Of a stretch of DNA of 64,000 nt, positions 15,246-28,971 are shown piece after piece. The DNA is taken from contig CM022667.1 in the NCBI GenBank assembly GCA_012295275.1, positions 20,336,001-20,400,000 of the forward strand, given 5' to 3'. The position numbers and the translations under genes are program-made. Source of the DNA: Chrysomallon squamiferum. Its lineage: Eukaryota > Animalia > Mollusca. Numbering within the stretch: the first letter of the stretch is position 1; the number at the start of each line of letters is the position of its first letter. The notes beneath the pieces were generated by a model. The model was not told the DNA's origin. It searched no databases and saw nothing but the letters and a program-made list of their open reading frames with translations.

Positions 15246-15510
15246 AACACTTTCGTATTAACGCTACTGCTAACTGAAGAACAATGAATTAGAGTTTGTT
15301 CAAAATTAAAACACTTTCGTGTTAACGCTACTGCTAACTGAAGAACAATGAATTAGAGTTTGTTCAAAATTAAAACACTTTCATATTAACGCTACTGCTA
15401 ACTGAAGAACAATGAATTAGAGTTTGTTAAAAATTAAAACACTTTCGTGTTAACGCTACTGCTAACTGAAGAACAATGAATTAGAGTTTGTTAAAAATTA
15501 AAACACTTTC
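15246..15510. repeat. 64-bp tandem repeat, 4 near-identical copies
   Basis: aacactttcgtgttaacgctactgctaactgaagaacaatgaattagagtttgttcaaaattaa starting at 15246, 15310, 15374 and 15438. Confidence 0.95.
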
Positions 15511-15896
15511 TCTATTTTGCAACGCGTGCCTTGACTAACAGACTGAAGAATAGAAATTTTCATTTACGTATAATTAAAAAATTACTGCATCACATTACAT
15601 TTTTATAAAATTAGTTATTAACGTTTATCCCCAGTTCTAAGACAAATTACACTTTTCCAGTTTGAAACTGTCAGATTGTTCATAACAACAGCACTATAGT
15701 TTGAACAAAACAAAGTAAATTTCACAGCTTTTTCAAGTCCAGCGCTCATGCTTGCATAGGTCACAACATGGTCAGATGGTTGAATTATCTGTTTTAGGAT
15801 AAACAGGTTATCTTTTTGTACACACATAAATTAGGTACATAAAGATCGAAGAAAGGAAAGATGAGCATAAAGATAAATATAATCAGTGGAATAATA

Positions 15897-15930
<34 letters not shown>

Positions 15931-15996
15931 ACGTAATTTTGTAATAGAAAAATTAAAATAAGATAAAATAATAAAATAAAATAAAATAAAATAAAA

Positions 15997-16027
<31 letters not shown>

Positions 16028-16402
16028 ATACATTCATAAATATATAAATCCATATAGAACAGACATCAGCAAATAACGTATATTTATTCATTTTAGTTAT
16101 TAATCTTTACAAATTAAGACTAAAATATTATTCAGCGTATTGTAAGGTGTTTAAGGTAATTTTAAGGTATTTTTAAGTCATTAATCCGGAGTATGTCAAA
16201 AGACCGGTCAGTAACGTAGGCTCGATATGTCTGTAAGTTTGTCTGGGGCCCCACCCTCCCTTAATTATTCAACACTATGTTAAAAATGTTAATGACGTTT
16301 TAATAACATGAAATGTAACAGAAATTTTATTAGATTTTATGCTCTCGTTGTTGTCAGTTGAAAATAGAAAAGATTTGTATGATACTTTAAAACCCCTTAA
16401 AC

Positions 16403-16693
16403 GACTGGTTTTCAACCTTTTTCATACCGCGACCCCTTATGAGTAACTCAAATGACCGATGACCTCTTTTAAAATGTTTGATTCAGTAATATCTAGGGTT
16501 GCAATATTTTCATCAACCACAGACAGTACAGAAGGAATCTATATTCACCGTGACGGGTCCCAAACCTATCTGCACGTTTTTATGTAGTCCTCCTTCCAAG
16601 TCAAGCTGAAAAAACCTAAAACATACCCTCGCTCAAGAACGATCTCGCGACTCCCAGAAAAAAGGCTGGCGACCCCCAGCTTGAAAACCTATG
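16403..16693. mobile_element. Degenerate hAT/Charlie-like MITE (~290 bp)
   Basis: Ends ctggttttcaacc...gcgacccct and gcgacccccagcttgaaaacctatg form imperfect inverted repeats resembling Charlie-type termini; the target-site duplication is only approximate. Confidence 0.55.
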
Positions 16694-16701
16694 ACTTAAA
16701 A

Positions 16702-17810
16702 CAGTGGTTCGCAAAGGGTGTGAACCGGGCTCACTGGTGCGTCCGGAGACATGCTTAGGTGTGCCCCACGAAATTGTAGGATCTAGGGAGATATTTGTGA
16801 TGATAAAAAAATTGATTAAGAGCGGAAAGATATCCAGTAAGAAATAGCCGTTTGCCCGGAAGAAGATTTTATACACGTTGTAAACTCGTTCTAAACGTGT
16901 TTTGGCTGACGAGCTAGCGCGGCTGCTGAAGGCTGCGCAGTAGTTTACCAGTGACAGTATGAGTGACAGGGTGTGCAAGTGTGATACATAGCCAAAGTTT
17001 TCTTGTGACACATATTCCTATCACTGTCACAGTCACTACCCATCTAAAACTTTAATACTTATGGAATTTTAGCTTATTATAGGTTACATTTGTTAAAAGC
17101 AAACGATTGATAAAAGTTTTCCCTCACTTCACAATGCACACCAATAAAAATATAGCCTTTGTACAGTTTTTTAAACATTTTTACAGTTCATTGCTTTGTA
17201 TTTCATATTACAATATTTTTGAAGAAATTGCCAAGACACAGTAACTCTATCAGTGAACATCTCTCACACAACAGCGGTTTACTCTAAATATATCAGTGAA
17301 CATCTCTCACACAAGGGTTGTAACTCTAAATATACCAGTGAACATCTCTCACACAAGAGCGGTAACTCCAAATATATCAGTGAACATCTCTCACACAAGG
17401 GCGGTAACTCTAAATATATCAGTGAACATCTCTCACACAAGGGCGGTAACTCTAAATCTACCAGTGAACATCACTCACACAAGGGCGTTAACTCTAAATG
17501 TATCAGTGAACACCTCTCACACAAAGGCGATAACTAAATATATCAGTGAACATCTCTCACACAAGGGCGGTAATTCTAAATATATCAGTGAAGATCTCTC
17601 ACTGAAGAAAAACAAACGATACAGATTCCAGATGAGAACCGTTTATACGCGAAATTATGAACAATCTGACATAGATGCAGACAATGAGGATAGACAACCT
17701 CAGCAGCCTGCTCCGCACCCGATTCAGCCGCAATATCCTTCTTTCAGTTATTTCTGTATTTTTTTACATTTTGCATTATATTTCTTAGCATTTTGTGTGT
17801 AGTGTGCCAA
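16702..17810 (+). mobile_element. Non-autonomous hAT/Charlie-like element carrying an internal 42-bp minisatellite (copy A, left end present)
   Basis: Starts CAGTGGTTCGCAAA. Segments ~16800-16867 and ~17605-17805 match ~56870-56944 and ~57385-57595. The second copy ends in TTTGAGAACCACTG, the complementary terminus. Confidence 0.7.
17240..17602. repeat. 42-bp minisatellite, about 8.5 copies
   Basis: Unit gtgaacatctctcacacaagggcggtaactctaaatatatca. Confidence 0.95.
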
Positions 17811-18113
17811 ATATGAAAAATATGATTAATAAAACTTTGTTTTCACAAAAGTGAAAAGAGTGACAACTGTAATGATTTTGAAGGGGAATATCAATGCATA
17901 ACAGAGTATGTGTTAATAATATTTAGTCGTTATTTACAGAATTATAAATATTGCACGGACATTGAAAATGAAATAAGCAAAATAAACGAGCAAAGCATCA
18001 ACAAAAACCAAAAAAAAAACAACATCAATAAAAAAAAAAAAACACCAAAAATCAATACAAGGAGGAAAAACAACAAACAAAGCATTTTTTCTCAGATGTG
18101 CCCCCTTTCTTTT

Positions 18114-18459
18114 TTAATAATAATAATCCGAAAAATCATCATCAGTATCAGAAATTTCATCATATTCGTCTTCCATATCATATTCTCCAAGAGCTATGAA
18201 TTCACATTTTTCAGGCGGCCGTTCGCGAAACCAAATGTGCGGATTGTAGTACTGGGCGTCTCTTATCACTGTAATATAAAAACGTAACTGTTTTGTGACA
18301 TATAGTAAAGAGAACACATTTTCTTTTCATTAATATTTAATTAATTAATTTTGCTGTTTGTATGTATATTATGAATATTAGAAAGTAACTGATATTTACA
18401 GTTGCCTATAAGGAACAGAATGTCCAGTATGACGACAGTAATGGCAAAATTTTGATAGC

Positions 18460-18493
<34 letters not shown>

Positions 18494-19230
18494 AAAATAA
18501 GTTTAAGGAGAATAATAATAATAAAATTAAATAAATTTAAAACATTAATAAAAAATAATGAAATAAAAATAAAAATAAAGTATTAGAAATACGTGTTTTA
18601 TTGGTGTGAGAGAGGTTTACGTGTTATGTGTGTCAGTAGGTATATTTATGTATCTATGTGTGTGCACGTGTGCGTGCATATTTCAGAAGTATTATCTATT
18701 TGTTATGAAAGATAATAAATATTAATTTACCTGCAACGACGCAATATACTACTAGGTTCTTAATTTCGACTGCTACAAGTTGTAACAAGAATAATGCCCT
18801 GAAAAATACATTTATTTTGCAATTATAAATACGATATTTGTTTTGTCACATTTTTTTGGTATTTGATGGTGCCAACAAATATTGTTCCAAAGTGTATAAT
18901 ATATATATATATATAATCTGCTTATTCTTTTTACTTCCAAGTTAAAAATGTTTGTTACTGAATGCTTATTCCCACGCCGACAAAAAGAGGACATATTAAA
19001 TTATATAATTAAATCGATATCTAGAACAAATGTTCTAAAACAATAACCGATACTACTATTTGTATTTACTTTTTATTATATATATATAAATATATTAAAA
19101 AAGAAGAGTAAGATAAAAATTAAAATTAAATATGCATGTAAACTTACAACATAGTTGTTATACTTAAACAGAAAAAAAACAGGAAAACTAAAAGGGCTTG
19201 GAGAAGATCGGACTCGAATGGTAACGCCAT
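18114..19230 (-). CDS. Small unrecognised multi-pass membrane protein (121 aa) with acidic C-terminal tail
   Basis: Exons 19230-19148, 18798-18731, 18459-18400 and 18268-18114 total 366 nt, with GT-AG introns of phase 2, 1 and 1 that join in frame. Protein: MALPFESDLLQALLVFLFFFCLSITTMLALFLLQLVAVEIKNLVVYCVVAGYQNFAITVVILDILFLIGNLIRDAQYYNPHIWFRERPPEKCEFIALGEYDMEDEYDEISDTDDDFSDYYY. Start context aaaaATGG; CpG-containing promoter-like patch upstream. Confidence 0.7.
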
Positions 19231-19256
19231 TTTTTGACAGTAAGAGATTGACGCGT

Positions 19257-19270
19257 GTTCACATAGCAAC
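19257..19270. promoter_or_regulatory. RFX X-box-like element upstream of the small membrane-protein gene
   Basis: GTTCACATAGCAAC (GTTGCTATGTGAAC on -), about 27 bp upstream of the ATG; GGCGGAAA nearby at ~19289. Confidence 0.5.
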
Positions 19271-19889
19271 GGCGAAAGTAACGTTGACGGGCGGAAATAA
19301 ACAACTTTATTTATAATATTATTATTTGCATGTAATATTATTTATAATAATTTATAATTAACGAAATTCAGACTGACTGTTCATAAGAATATTCGTAAGA
19401 CTCAAAACGTATTAAATAAATTCGCTGAAACTCTTAATTAGTTCAGATACAAGTGTATGTAAGTGATCTCGAAATAAAATAAAACTATATATATATAATG
19501 TGTATGTGTGTGTGTGTGTTTTATTTCGTTATTATATACATAAAACGCGCGCGCTTGTGTGTGTGTGTATAAATATAAAGAATAAGTAAAAATAAAATAA
19601 AATAAAACTATTGAAAAGAAAAAAAAGAAAATTAACAAAACGCAAATGTAATATTTAAATACTCGATATCTCTCACGGTGGCAAAATATAATCCAACATG
19701 TTTCATTCATTGACGACAATATCTGTGTCAAATATGACATTCATAAGTGAACTATTTTAACATGCTTCTCATTTGTTTCAAATTCCAATAACCACATATT
19801 AACTTCGTTTTACAAACCGTTTCTTCGAAGTAATTGTAGTATTGTTCTTGCACATAATCATTAAAACCATATGATGAATAATTACGCAA

Positions 19890-19924
<35 letters not shown>

Positions 19925-20268
19925 GTGATGACAAAAAAGTAGTGACGGTAATAACAGTAGAAGTTTTAACATGATCATGCATTTTCAGTGAACCATAGGC
20001 TAATAACCACGTGACAGTGATCAAAGTTTACTACAGTGGAGACTCAGTTTGACTACTGTAACAATATCATATTTTCTGTCATTACCTCGAAGTTAGCAGA
20101 CGTGCATATTTTTTACTAAGTGGTTCGCTTTTGAAATTGTCGTGTTTCTTTTCAGAAAGTATTTTTAATTATCCGTAGAAAAATACCTTCACAAAATAAG
20201 GAAATAAACCAGACATGAATACTTTTCGTTTTCAAAATCTGTGTTAAATTTAGATATTGTATTTAGCT

Positions 20269-21179
20269 TTATTTGTGCAAAATATAATCCGAATCTATTA
20301 ACTGCAAATTCTTCTGTAGCTTCAGGTAATTCGTCTTCCTTATGGATTGGAAACCAACCATTATTGTCTCGACAACAGTCATTTGATCGGATGTTGTTGT
20401 TGGTTTTTTTTTTTTATGACACACACACACACACACACACATATGTAACAATTAGATATAACTGTAGCTAAGATAGTATTTTATTATTTTACCTGGTTTC
20501 TTCCAAGCTCATACCACGATGTAGAAATAATTTTGATTTTCTGAAATTCAGCAGCACATTATGTATTATTTCTTTGGAATTTTTATCAGCATCACTTTGT
20601 ACAATTTTACTCAAGTTTATTATCGATTTAATAATTAGGATCATAATGCCCATACAACAGTACACTTTTTCTCTGTTCTTCGATTCTAGGTGTGATATAA
20701 AGGATATTGGACTGTATGTCTATGCATCTATTTATTTAACAATAACCATCACATTTTTTTGTACCTGTATTTAATTTATTAACAAAATTATTTCTGTTTT
20801 AACAGTGATATAATTCCAAATCATATTTATGCCTTTAAAAACTATTATTGTTTGTAGGCTGCTGGTTTTAAATAATTATCTGAAAGAAAGAAGAAAAAAA
20901 CTAATAATTAGAAAAAAAGATAAAATAGAAAGATTAGACAAAAAAAAAAGAAAGTTGGATTGAGACCAATTAAAGATAACACTGACTTACAAACATTCAT
21001 GTTTAAACGTGTATAACTTACTAATTATAATTACTGCTATTGTTAGTTTTCTTTGTCTTGTTCAGTTTACTCACATGCAGACACACACTCAGACAGACAC
21101 TGGCACAGGAAAAACATAAAACAAACACACAATACATATTTCATACTCGTGTGCAATTTTGGCTTAATACACTGAACTA

Positions 21180-21213
<34 letters not shown>

Positions 21214-21396
21214 CTATTGCTGACAACAAATGTGATTCAGATAGCCTTTTTTGTTCTTTAAATTATACTTCATATTGCATTAAAAAATGAATTTGGAAAT
21301 GATGCACATATGATTGGATCACAACTGAAAATGGATGAAAAGTACAAGCAGTAGTACTTACTTTTCATCACTGCTGATTTAATTATTTTAACATTA

Positions 21397-21464
<68 letters not shown>

Positions 21465-21475
21465 AAATGATAACA

Positions 21476-21513
<38 letters not shown>

Positions 21514-22351
21514 TAATAATAATAAAAAAATAAATTATCTTTTTCTGATATATGCCTGGACCCAAGTGCACTTTCATAGTAGACTTTGCCCCACTCTTGA
21601 ATTATCTTCCATGCTACAAAACTATTGTTAATATTGTTTAATAAGATTTCACTATAAAATAATAATAATAAAGTGTGTGTAAGGTCAGTATGTACATACA
21701 TATAAATGTACTTCTGTTGAAAAAAAAAAAAAATAATCAAAGTTACAAATTGTTTCAAATTATAGCTCCATGTTTACTTTATTAAGACATTTTACTAAAT
21801 ATATTAATAAATATATTAAATATATAACAGAAAAGGGGAATTGGGAGAAAAATTGAAATAATGTATACAATTTAGGACTTAGTTTTGTTTTGAGACAGAC
21901 TGGAATAGAAGTGTGTCCAGCATAAATTGTATCACAAGTAAAATATTGTAAAACAATTATCATTATTTTGTCATATCAAAACTGTGTTTTAGTTTGACTA
22001 TATTGCAGTATGGCTGTGGTGTTGTGTATTTTATTTCTCTATACTTAAAAATTGGAATAATTCATGTTCTGTAAATCTGTTTCATGATTGGCTATCAACA
22101 AATAAAATAAAAATATCACCACAGTAAGACATTGTGCAAGTTCAACATCATTTCACAATTTAGTTTTTTTGCTATGGCAAAGCCCGGCCTCAGTGATTTA
22201 TGTTTGTTGTGATGCATGTGAATAAAGCTTGTAAATGCATTAAAAAAAAAAGCTCTGTAATTTTGATCCTCTGATGACACCTTCAACATAGATTCACTTT
22301 TGCTCAGCACCAAAGGTGTTCTCTGTACAACACAGGTCCTTCTACATACAC
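20269..22351 (-). other. Possible exons of an unidentified gene between the small membrane-protein gene and PIGT
   Basis: Open, splice-bounded, phase-compatible segments 22351-22120, 20711-20493 and 20338-20269 (stop). No start exon and no recognisable domain found. Confidence 0.3.
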
Positions 22352-23348
22352 CTAAATATAAATTGACAGATTTTTGTTTTTGAAGTTGAATTACAACTAT
22401 TTCTTGTAAGAATGGTCAATGGTAAACCTCATCAAAGACATTTATAACATAGACTGTATATTCAGCACACTTAACTTTAACAAAACCCAAGAAGAACACA
22501 AAACATAACATGTACACACAAACATCATCACTTTAATAAAAATAATATATTTGTATATTTAACAGAAAAATGAAAATAGATTACTGAAATAATCAAATGG
22601 CTGAACAATGAATGAGTGGATTTGTTCAATGGCTTTCTTAAACAAGACATGAGTGAAAGTCATGAAATTAAATGATTAGTTGTTAAGCAGTATTTAAAAA
22701 AAAAACCAGAAACACACTAGTTAACAGTCCTACATCAAGTTACTTGCACAAAATTGTTCATTATCATTAGAAAACACCATGAACAGGAACATTAAACAAT
22801 ATTTTAAGTGTAATTATGGTGGTTTAGGTCTAAAACAATAATTATGTTCAGTATTTATTATTTTACTTCATTCTGCACTAACTTTAGTAACAAATCCAGG
22901 GTCTGAATAAATAATTTAACATAACATACATTTTAAAACACTAAAAAGCTATGAAATATGTGAATATGATTTTAATGTTTACAACAGTAAAAAAACACAC
23001 ATGAAATAAAAAAGTGAAAAAAAGAAAGGAATTCAGTCTGTATTAGTTTTTTTTGATTATAAGATAGAAATGAATCGCCTGGCAAAGATTTAGAATGGGG
23101 TGAAGTAGAAATTAATTAGCCTAAACTGAACTTCACTTGGATAACAGTCCAGAGTCAGCAGAGGTAGTGAAATGATCTAACAACTTGTGATGTTCATCAA
23201 CAGCTTCAATAAGTGATGGTAATACAACATCTGACTCAGGTCTACTGTTTAAATGGTAACTGGCTGATGACTGCATGAGGACTTATCATTTGTCTTATGC
23301 ACTGCATAATCCTTCCTCTTATTAAAATAATTTTCCCGGTGACATTGG

Positions 23349-24540
23349 CTATGATGTCTTTTTGTCTTCTACAGCATTGGTTTCCTTCAAATTTAAATGT
23401 TCTTTTTTATCAGTTTCACTTTCTTTTGTTGAAGTCTTAAGCACTCTTCTCAAGAATCTTTTAACTTTATCTAGAAATCCCTGCTTCTTTTTTGGATCTA
23501 AAACAACAAATTTTCTTGTTGTGAGGTTATGTATTGATCCAAATGCCACAGCAACGACTGTACAGGCCAGACAGATGACATTGTAAGGCATGCTGAAGTC
23601 GGGTGTTGGCAGGGATATCAGTAGTGATTCAGTGTGTATCTGAAGAAAGAACTTCTCAGACTTGTCAGTCATACTGAAATAAAAGTATTAAACATTGTCA
23701 CTAAATAACCAAAGTAACTACACAAATCAGTTCTTAGATATTGTTAACTTTCAGAATGATAATATGAATTGAAACCAAAAACAAAAGAATAAATAAAAGT
23801 TTTTAACTCATCCACTTGTCAAATTATCTTTTGCTGGGTCACTTAAAAATAATAATTAAGAACTATATAAAATATCAAAAATTAAAAAAAGAAAAGAAGA
23901 GAAGGAACACAAAATAAAGTTAATTAAATACCAAATATTTATTATCTAAAGATTTCAAATACTTACCTAGATTCTAGAGTTGCTGAGTACTGAGGCACAG
24001 CTGTGTAGTTTCTAGCTGTTGGCAACATCACAGAAATAACAGCAGAATTGATCGAAAAACCATGATTAGCATCAGGAGGATACTCTGTCCATTTCAGGAA
24101 TGCTCGTTGGAATTCAAAACTCACTTTAGTTATCGAATCGGCCTTCAGTTTGAAAACCAGTTCAAACTGGTATGGTCTATTTCTGTCTTTCCCTGGGATA
24201 TAATGTGTCTTGACTGGAAAATGAAAGTTTACTGATGTTTGACAGAGATTGTTTTGATAATAATGTTTATATTTTACTGAAAAAATTTCAGACAGATATA
24301 CATATCAGAACTTTTCATGATTAATTTGTTTTTAAATTTTTATTTAACACCACCAAAATCACAGAAATCTTTTATATTCAGCAAGACATTAAGGCCACTA
24401 AATTTAAACATTACCATTGCTGTAAAACACAAATATGATGCTATTAAAACATTAATAAAACTCTGCTCCTGTCAATGACATAACATTAGTTTTATCCATT
24501 AGTACTATACTTTGAAAAATTTAAACTGCAGAAAGAAGCT

Positions 24541-24589
<49 letters not shown>

Positions 24590-27500
24590 AAAACTTACAT
24601 GGTTTAATAGCTGTACCATTATTTTCAATGGCAAGAGACTTGAAAAATACTCTCATAAACCATGGCACGGTATCCATGTAGATAACATTGAGATCTTCTG
24701 ACAAGTTATTATATATCAAGCAGGTCACACCACCTCTTTCCAGTCCATAGCCTGCATAAAAAGTGAACATTGTGGGAATTTAAAAAGGACAAAATGAGCC
24801 ATTTATTTAGATATATCCATCTATTAATAACAGATTAAAATATAAAGTAAAAGTTCAGTTTATCAAAGTTTTCAAACTTAAAAAAAATGTATTCATGTAT
24901 GAAGATTATTTTTTAAATATGTTTTGTAAATGTTTTTGTAGTTCAACTATTGCATTATATTTAATACTGACAAAATTAACTTTCCTTAAAATTACTAGTC
25001 TAAACAGATTATTTGTGCCTTTTGTTAATTTTGAACTATCCACACTCACTCTCCAAATAATCAACCAACAAGTACTACATGTTGAAGGAAGGACTGGGTA
25101 AACTGACAAAAGATAATGTTTTATTTGTGACATTTAAACAGGAAATTCAAAATATTTTACAATATAAATGTACTGCTGGTTGGTGTTGTTTCTTGAAGAT
25201 TATACCATTAGTGAAGTTATGGTAAGTTTATCTGCTACTTATAATTACCTGTAATGAATCTTTGTGCATAAACAGGTGGTGGGTTTATATTATAAATCAC
25301 AGAATGCTTAGGGTTTTTTACAGCTATATTCAAGACTTGTCCACTGGAAGTCTGTTTTCCTACTTCAAAAACAGCATACACTTGTTTTTCTCCTCCTCTC
25401 ATAAAAATTTCAGTTTTATCGGGTTGGGGTGTCAAAGTAAAACCTGTATCCTTTAAAATAAACATTATAAAATAATAAAAATGAATTAAAAACCCATTAA
25501 ATTTAAAACTAAAATCTATCAAAATTTTATTATGTCATAAAAACAATAAAATAATGAACAGTTTAAACTGTCACAAGATGGAGATTTCATATACAAACAT
25601 TAATAAAATAAAATATTAATAGTAACACTCAACATGAAGAAAACCAACAGACAGACAGTACTTACATTTTGCTGTGTGATGTCAAAAAAGACTTTGCTTG
25701 AAGTACTAAGTGGACACTGAGTGGTCAGGACTGTTCCAAACAATTTCTTCATAGACCAAGCTGAGGAAAAAAATATTTCATACATCTAAAATAACATTAG
25801 CATGGCTTCTATCTTTAACTGGAAATATATCAAAACACCAAAGATTCTGTTCATAATCCATCCATAATTATTATGTACAAAACATAATTATGGATCTAAT
25901 GCATAAATAAAAATATTAAAATTAAATATATTCAACATGTTTCAATATAAATCTTTAAATGTATAAAACATGTTCACTGTAACCACTTAAAACTATTACA
26001 TAAAGAAAGGAACTGCTGAGAATGAAATAATTAACATCCAAATTATTAATTTTTTTTTTTTCTTGTTGTGAGTTTAAAAAAATAAAACACAGTCTAAAAA
26101 AGTAAAAGGAATTATACAGATACTTACACTGAAAGCTTTGACTAGATGCACTGGTGTCAAATACAACAGCCAGTGACAGACTCAGTTCTACAGCTGATTG
26201 AGAACAGTCAGTTCCCTGAAAACAAAATAATTAAATTTTAAGCAATGTCCAGAAAACAAATTCGTAAGAAAATGGAATAAATTTCAAACATTTCTGAACA
26301 ATTTAGTTTTACAGAAATAAAAATAAGTATTAGTACTGATGAGGCATCATTAAAATGTGATTGAACTGGTAACTGTCAAACTATCAAAGATTACAAGTAC
26401 ATCTTAACAGTTTTGAACTTAAATAGTCACCATAACTAATGGAAAATGTAAGCACCAAAGTAAACAATGTTGAAGATTGAAATATACAAATTATAAAATC
26501 AATAAATTTAAAAAATGAAATTTGATGTTCTAGTTAAGAACATTTTACAACACAAGTTAAGCCAAAAAATATTTATCAGGCAACTATTATGATATTTAAT
26601 AATACAACTGTTTTGAAAAAACCCACGAAGGATTTATAAACAAGAATGTTTTGTTTATGTAAGGTGTTACCTGACAAACTGGTCTTGTGTGCAGACCAAT
26701 TGAATGATAATCTGCATCAAACAATTTAATAGCATTAAATAATGTAGCAAGTCCAACCTAAAAATATATATATAAAAAGTCCAATTCAGTTGGCTAGATC
26801 AATAAATGAGACATGATGTCTGACAAAACCTAAAGGTAAACAGTAATATACCTTTCCTGCCAAATACCACTGTTTAAGCATAAAATGTACACCTGTCAAG
26901 AATAAAAAAGTGAGAAAGTTCAATTTAATTATTCATCAAGAATCAAATTTGGTACTGGTTGTTACTAAGGGATACTGCTGTATTGTTTTATTAGGAGATA
27001 CTTTCCATCAGACACAAATGCAGCTGCAAGATGTAAGTATAGAAAAGATATTTAAGCCATTATTTTATCATTCCAGTTATATTTTAAGCAAGATTTTTTT
27101 CTTTTCCCATTAACTTATTAAATTAGTTTGTCCATTTTTTCTCATTTCTGAACTATTTAATTGGTGTAAATAGGTTAGGACATATTTTAATCACATTGCT
27201 GATTTTCAAAGATGGTTTGCATGTGGTACTCTTTTAACTTTTTCCAAGTTTAAAACATATACATACTTTTGCATGACAAGGTAGTAATTTGGTCCAAGGT
27301 GTCAGGTTTTCGGTACAGACTACTTCACCAGGAAGAGCTCCGTACCGCACAAAATGTGACGAGGAAGAATAGCCGTCTGCTGCCAGTCCCTGTGGTCTGA
27401 AAGACCATCGTGGCGACGAAGTCAACTTGCTGTCGAGGAAATTGAGCGATGTACAAAGCAAACCTGAGACAGCATTCACCAACTCAGACCACACTTGGTT

Positions 27501-28205
27501 GACACTGGAAGAAATACAAAGAAGACAACTCTATCAAGCACTGTAAAGAAAACTAGCTTGTTACGTTTCGTGAACTATTGACAGGTTTAGTTACGATTCA
27601 GTTATAGGATTCATTTAGATCATCTAATGATGTTTTTAATGATAATTTTATTTCTTCTCCGTTTATGACATTTGTTATCTACTTTATAAAGTGAGCATCA
27701 ATTTCTACGTTTTAATATAAACAAAATAAATAATTTTATAAAAAAATTAAAAATATATATTTCTATTTTAATTTTCTTTTCAAGGAAGTAGATTTTTTTT
27801 TTTATATCAATTAAATAATAAATAAAAATTAGTGATAAAATCTAATTAAATTTAATAAACTAAAAGTCTTAAACAACATACTTTGTGACAGTTGGCTTAA
27901 ACCACACCCACAGTTCAGCACCAGATGGAGCGTCTACCACTGGATAACCCCATTTCTCATAATGCCACTGGCCCTGTGTTTGGGACAGATGAAGTTCCTG
28001 CACTTTGTACGTTGATAAGACATCACCCAGTGATTTTGGAAATAATCGGTAATGATTAACTTAAAACAGAAATAAGAAGCCCATAAATCTATAATTAAAA
28101 CATTATAAATCAACATTATTTTACTAATTCATGTCTTGGTTTGATTAGCTGTATACATATATATATACATTATATGTATAAGCATTTATTATGTATGTAT
28201 GTGTG

Positions 28206-28238
<33 letters not shown>

Positions 28239-28631
28239 GTATGTATCATGTATGTATGTGTATACACATGTACATACACACACATACATATACATACACA
28301 AACACATAAACTGTGGCATTGTCCAAATCAATGATCATCATCATGCACATTTGACAGCAAAAATAACAAAGTTAAATAAATTGCTTGAACTTGCTTTTAC
28401 TATATTTGTTTGAATGAACCTCAGAAAAGGGATACACAGTTATTTTACATAATTAAATAGCATTACATTTTATATCAAGGTTTAATTTATGTTCCTTAAT
28501 CAAATAGGCTGACCATGTATTTTCAGGGATAAGGTCACGGTTACAAAATTATGGCATTTTTGTTATTTCATAGCAGTACTCTTTTGTTGTATGCTTTAGT
28601 ATTACTGTATGTAATATTAAATACAATCGGA

Positions 28632-28667
<36 letters not shown>

Positions 28668-28971
28668 CAAACAAAATAAATTATAAATAAAGTAATAAAA
28701 ATTAAAATGTATCACCAAAGGTATGCTTTAAAAATTAAGAATAATTCGGCACGACCCTTGCCCATGTTCTGGTTTGTCATCGCTACTTACAGCCTTCTGC
28801 ATCTTCTGAAGTATTCCAACGAATAGTGAACTGGAAATGGAAATATGTATGACCATCAGAGAGGGGTTTTATTAGTAATTCTTCTCTGAAATCATCATTC
28901 ACAACTGAAAGGCACGTACTAAAATAACAGTGAAAAATGAAATAACATAACTGTATTTTTAAGGAATTCAT
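23349..28971 (-). CDS. PIGT: GPI transamidase component PIG-T (Gpi16)
   Basis: Ten phase-consistent exons 28971-28791, 28059-27882, 27504-27267, 26757-26671, 26215-26128, 25760-25666, 25450-25249, 24751-24599, 24213-23967 and 23673-23349. Signal peptide then [12 protein letters not shown]; [10 protein letters not shown]; [11 protein letters not shown]; [17 protein letters not shown]; [12 protein letters not shown]; [26 protein letters not shown]; C-terminal KKTS dilysine motif. Confidence 0.97.

Noticed and set aside
16616-17011. 131-aa minus-strand ORF
   Set aside because: It spans two adjacent transposon remnants and has no recognisable domain or splice structure.
17253-17802. Repetitive ORFs (SEHLSHKGGNSKYI / NISHTRAVTL), also at 45756, 51998 and 57047
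   Set aside because: Translations of a 42-bp minisatellite whose length is a multiple of 3; it lies inside a mobile element and occurs in both orientations.
23134-23277. 47-aa ORF MQSSASYHLN... just downstream of the PIGT stop
   Set aside because: Short, in the presumed 3' UTR, and could not be joined in phase to the downstream candidate exons.
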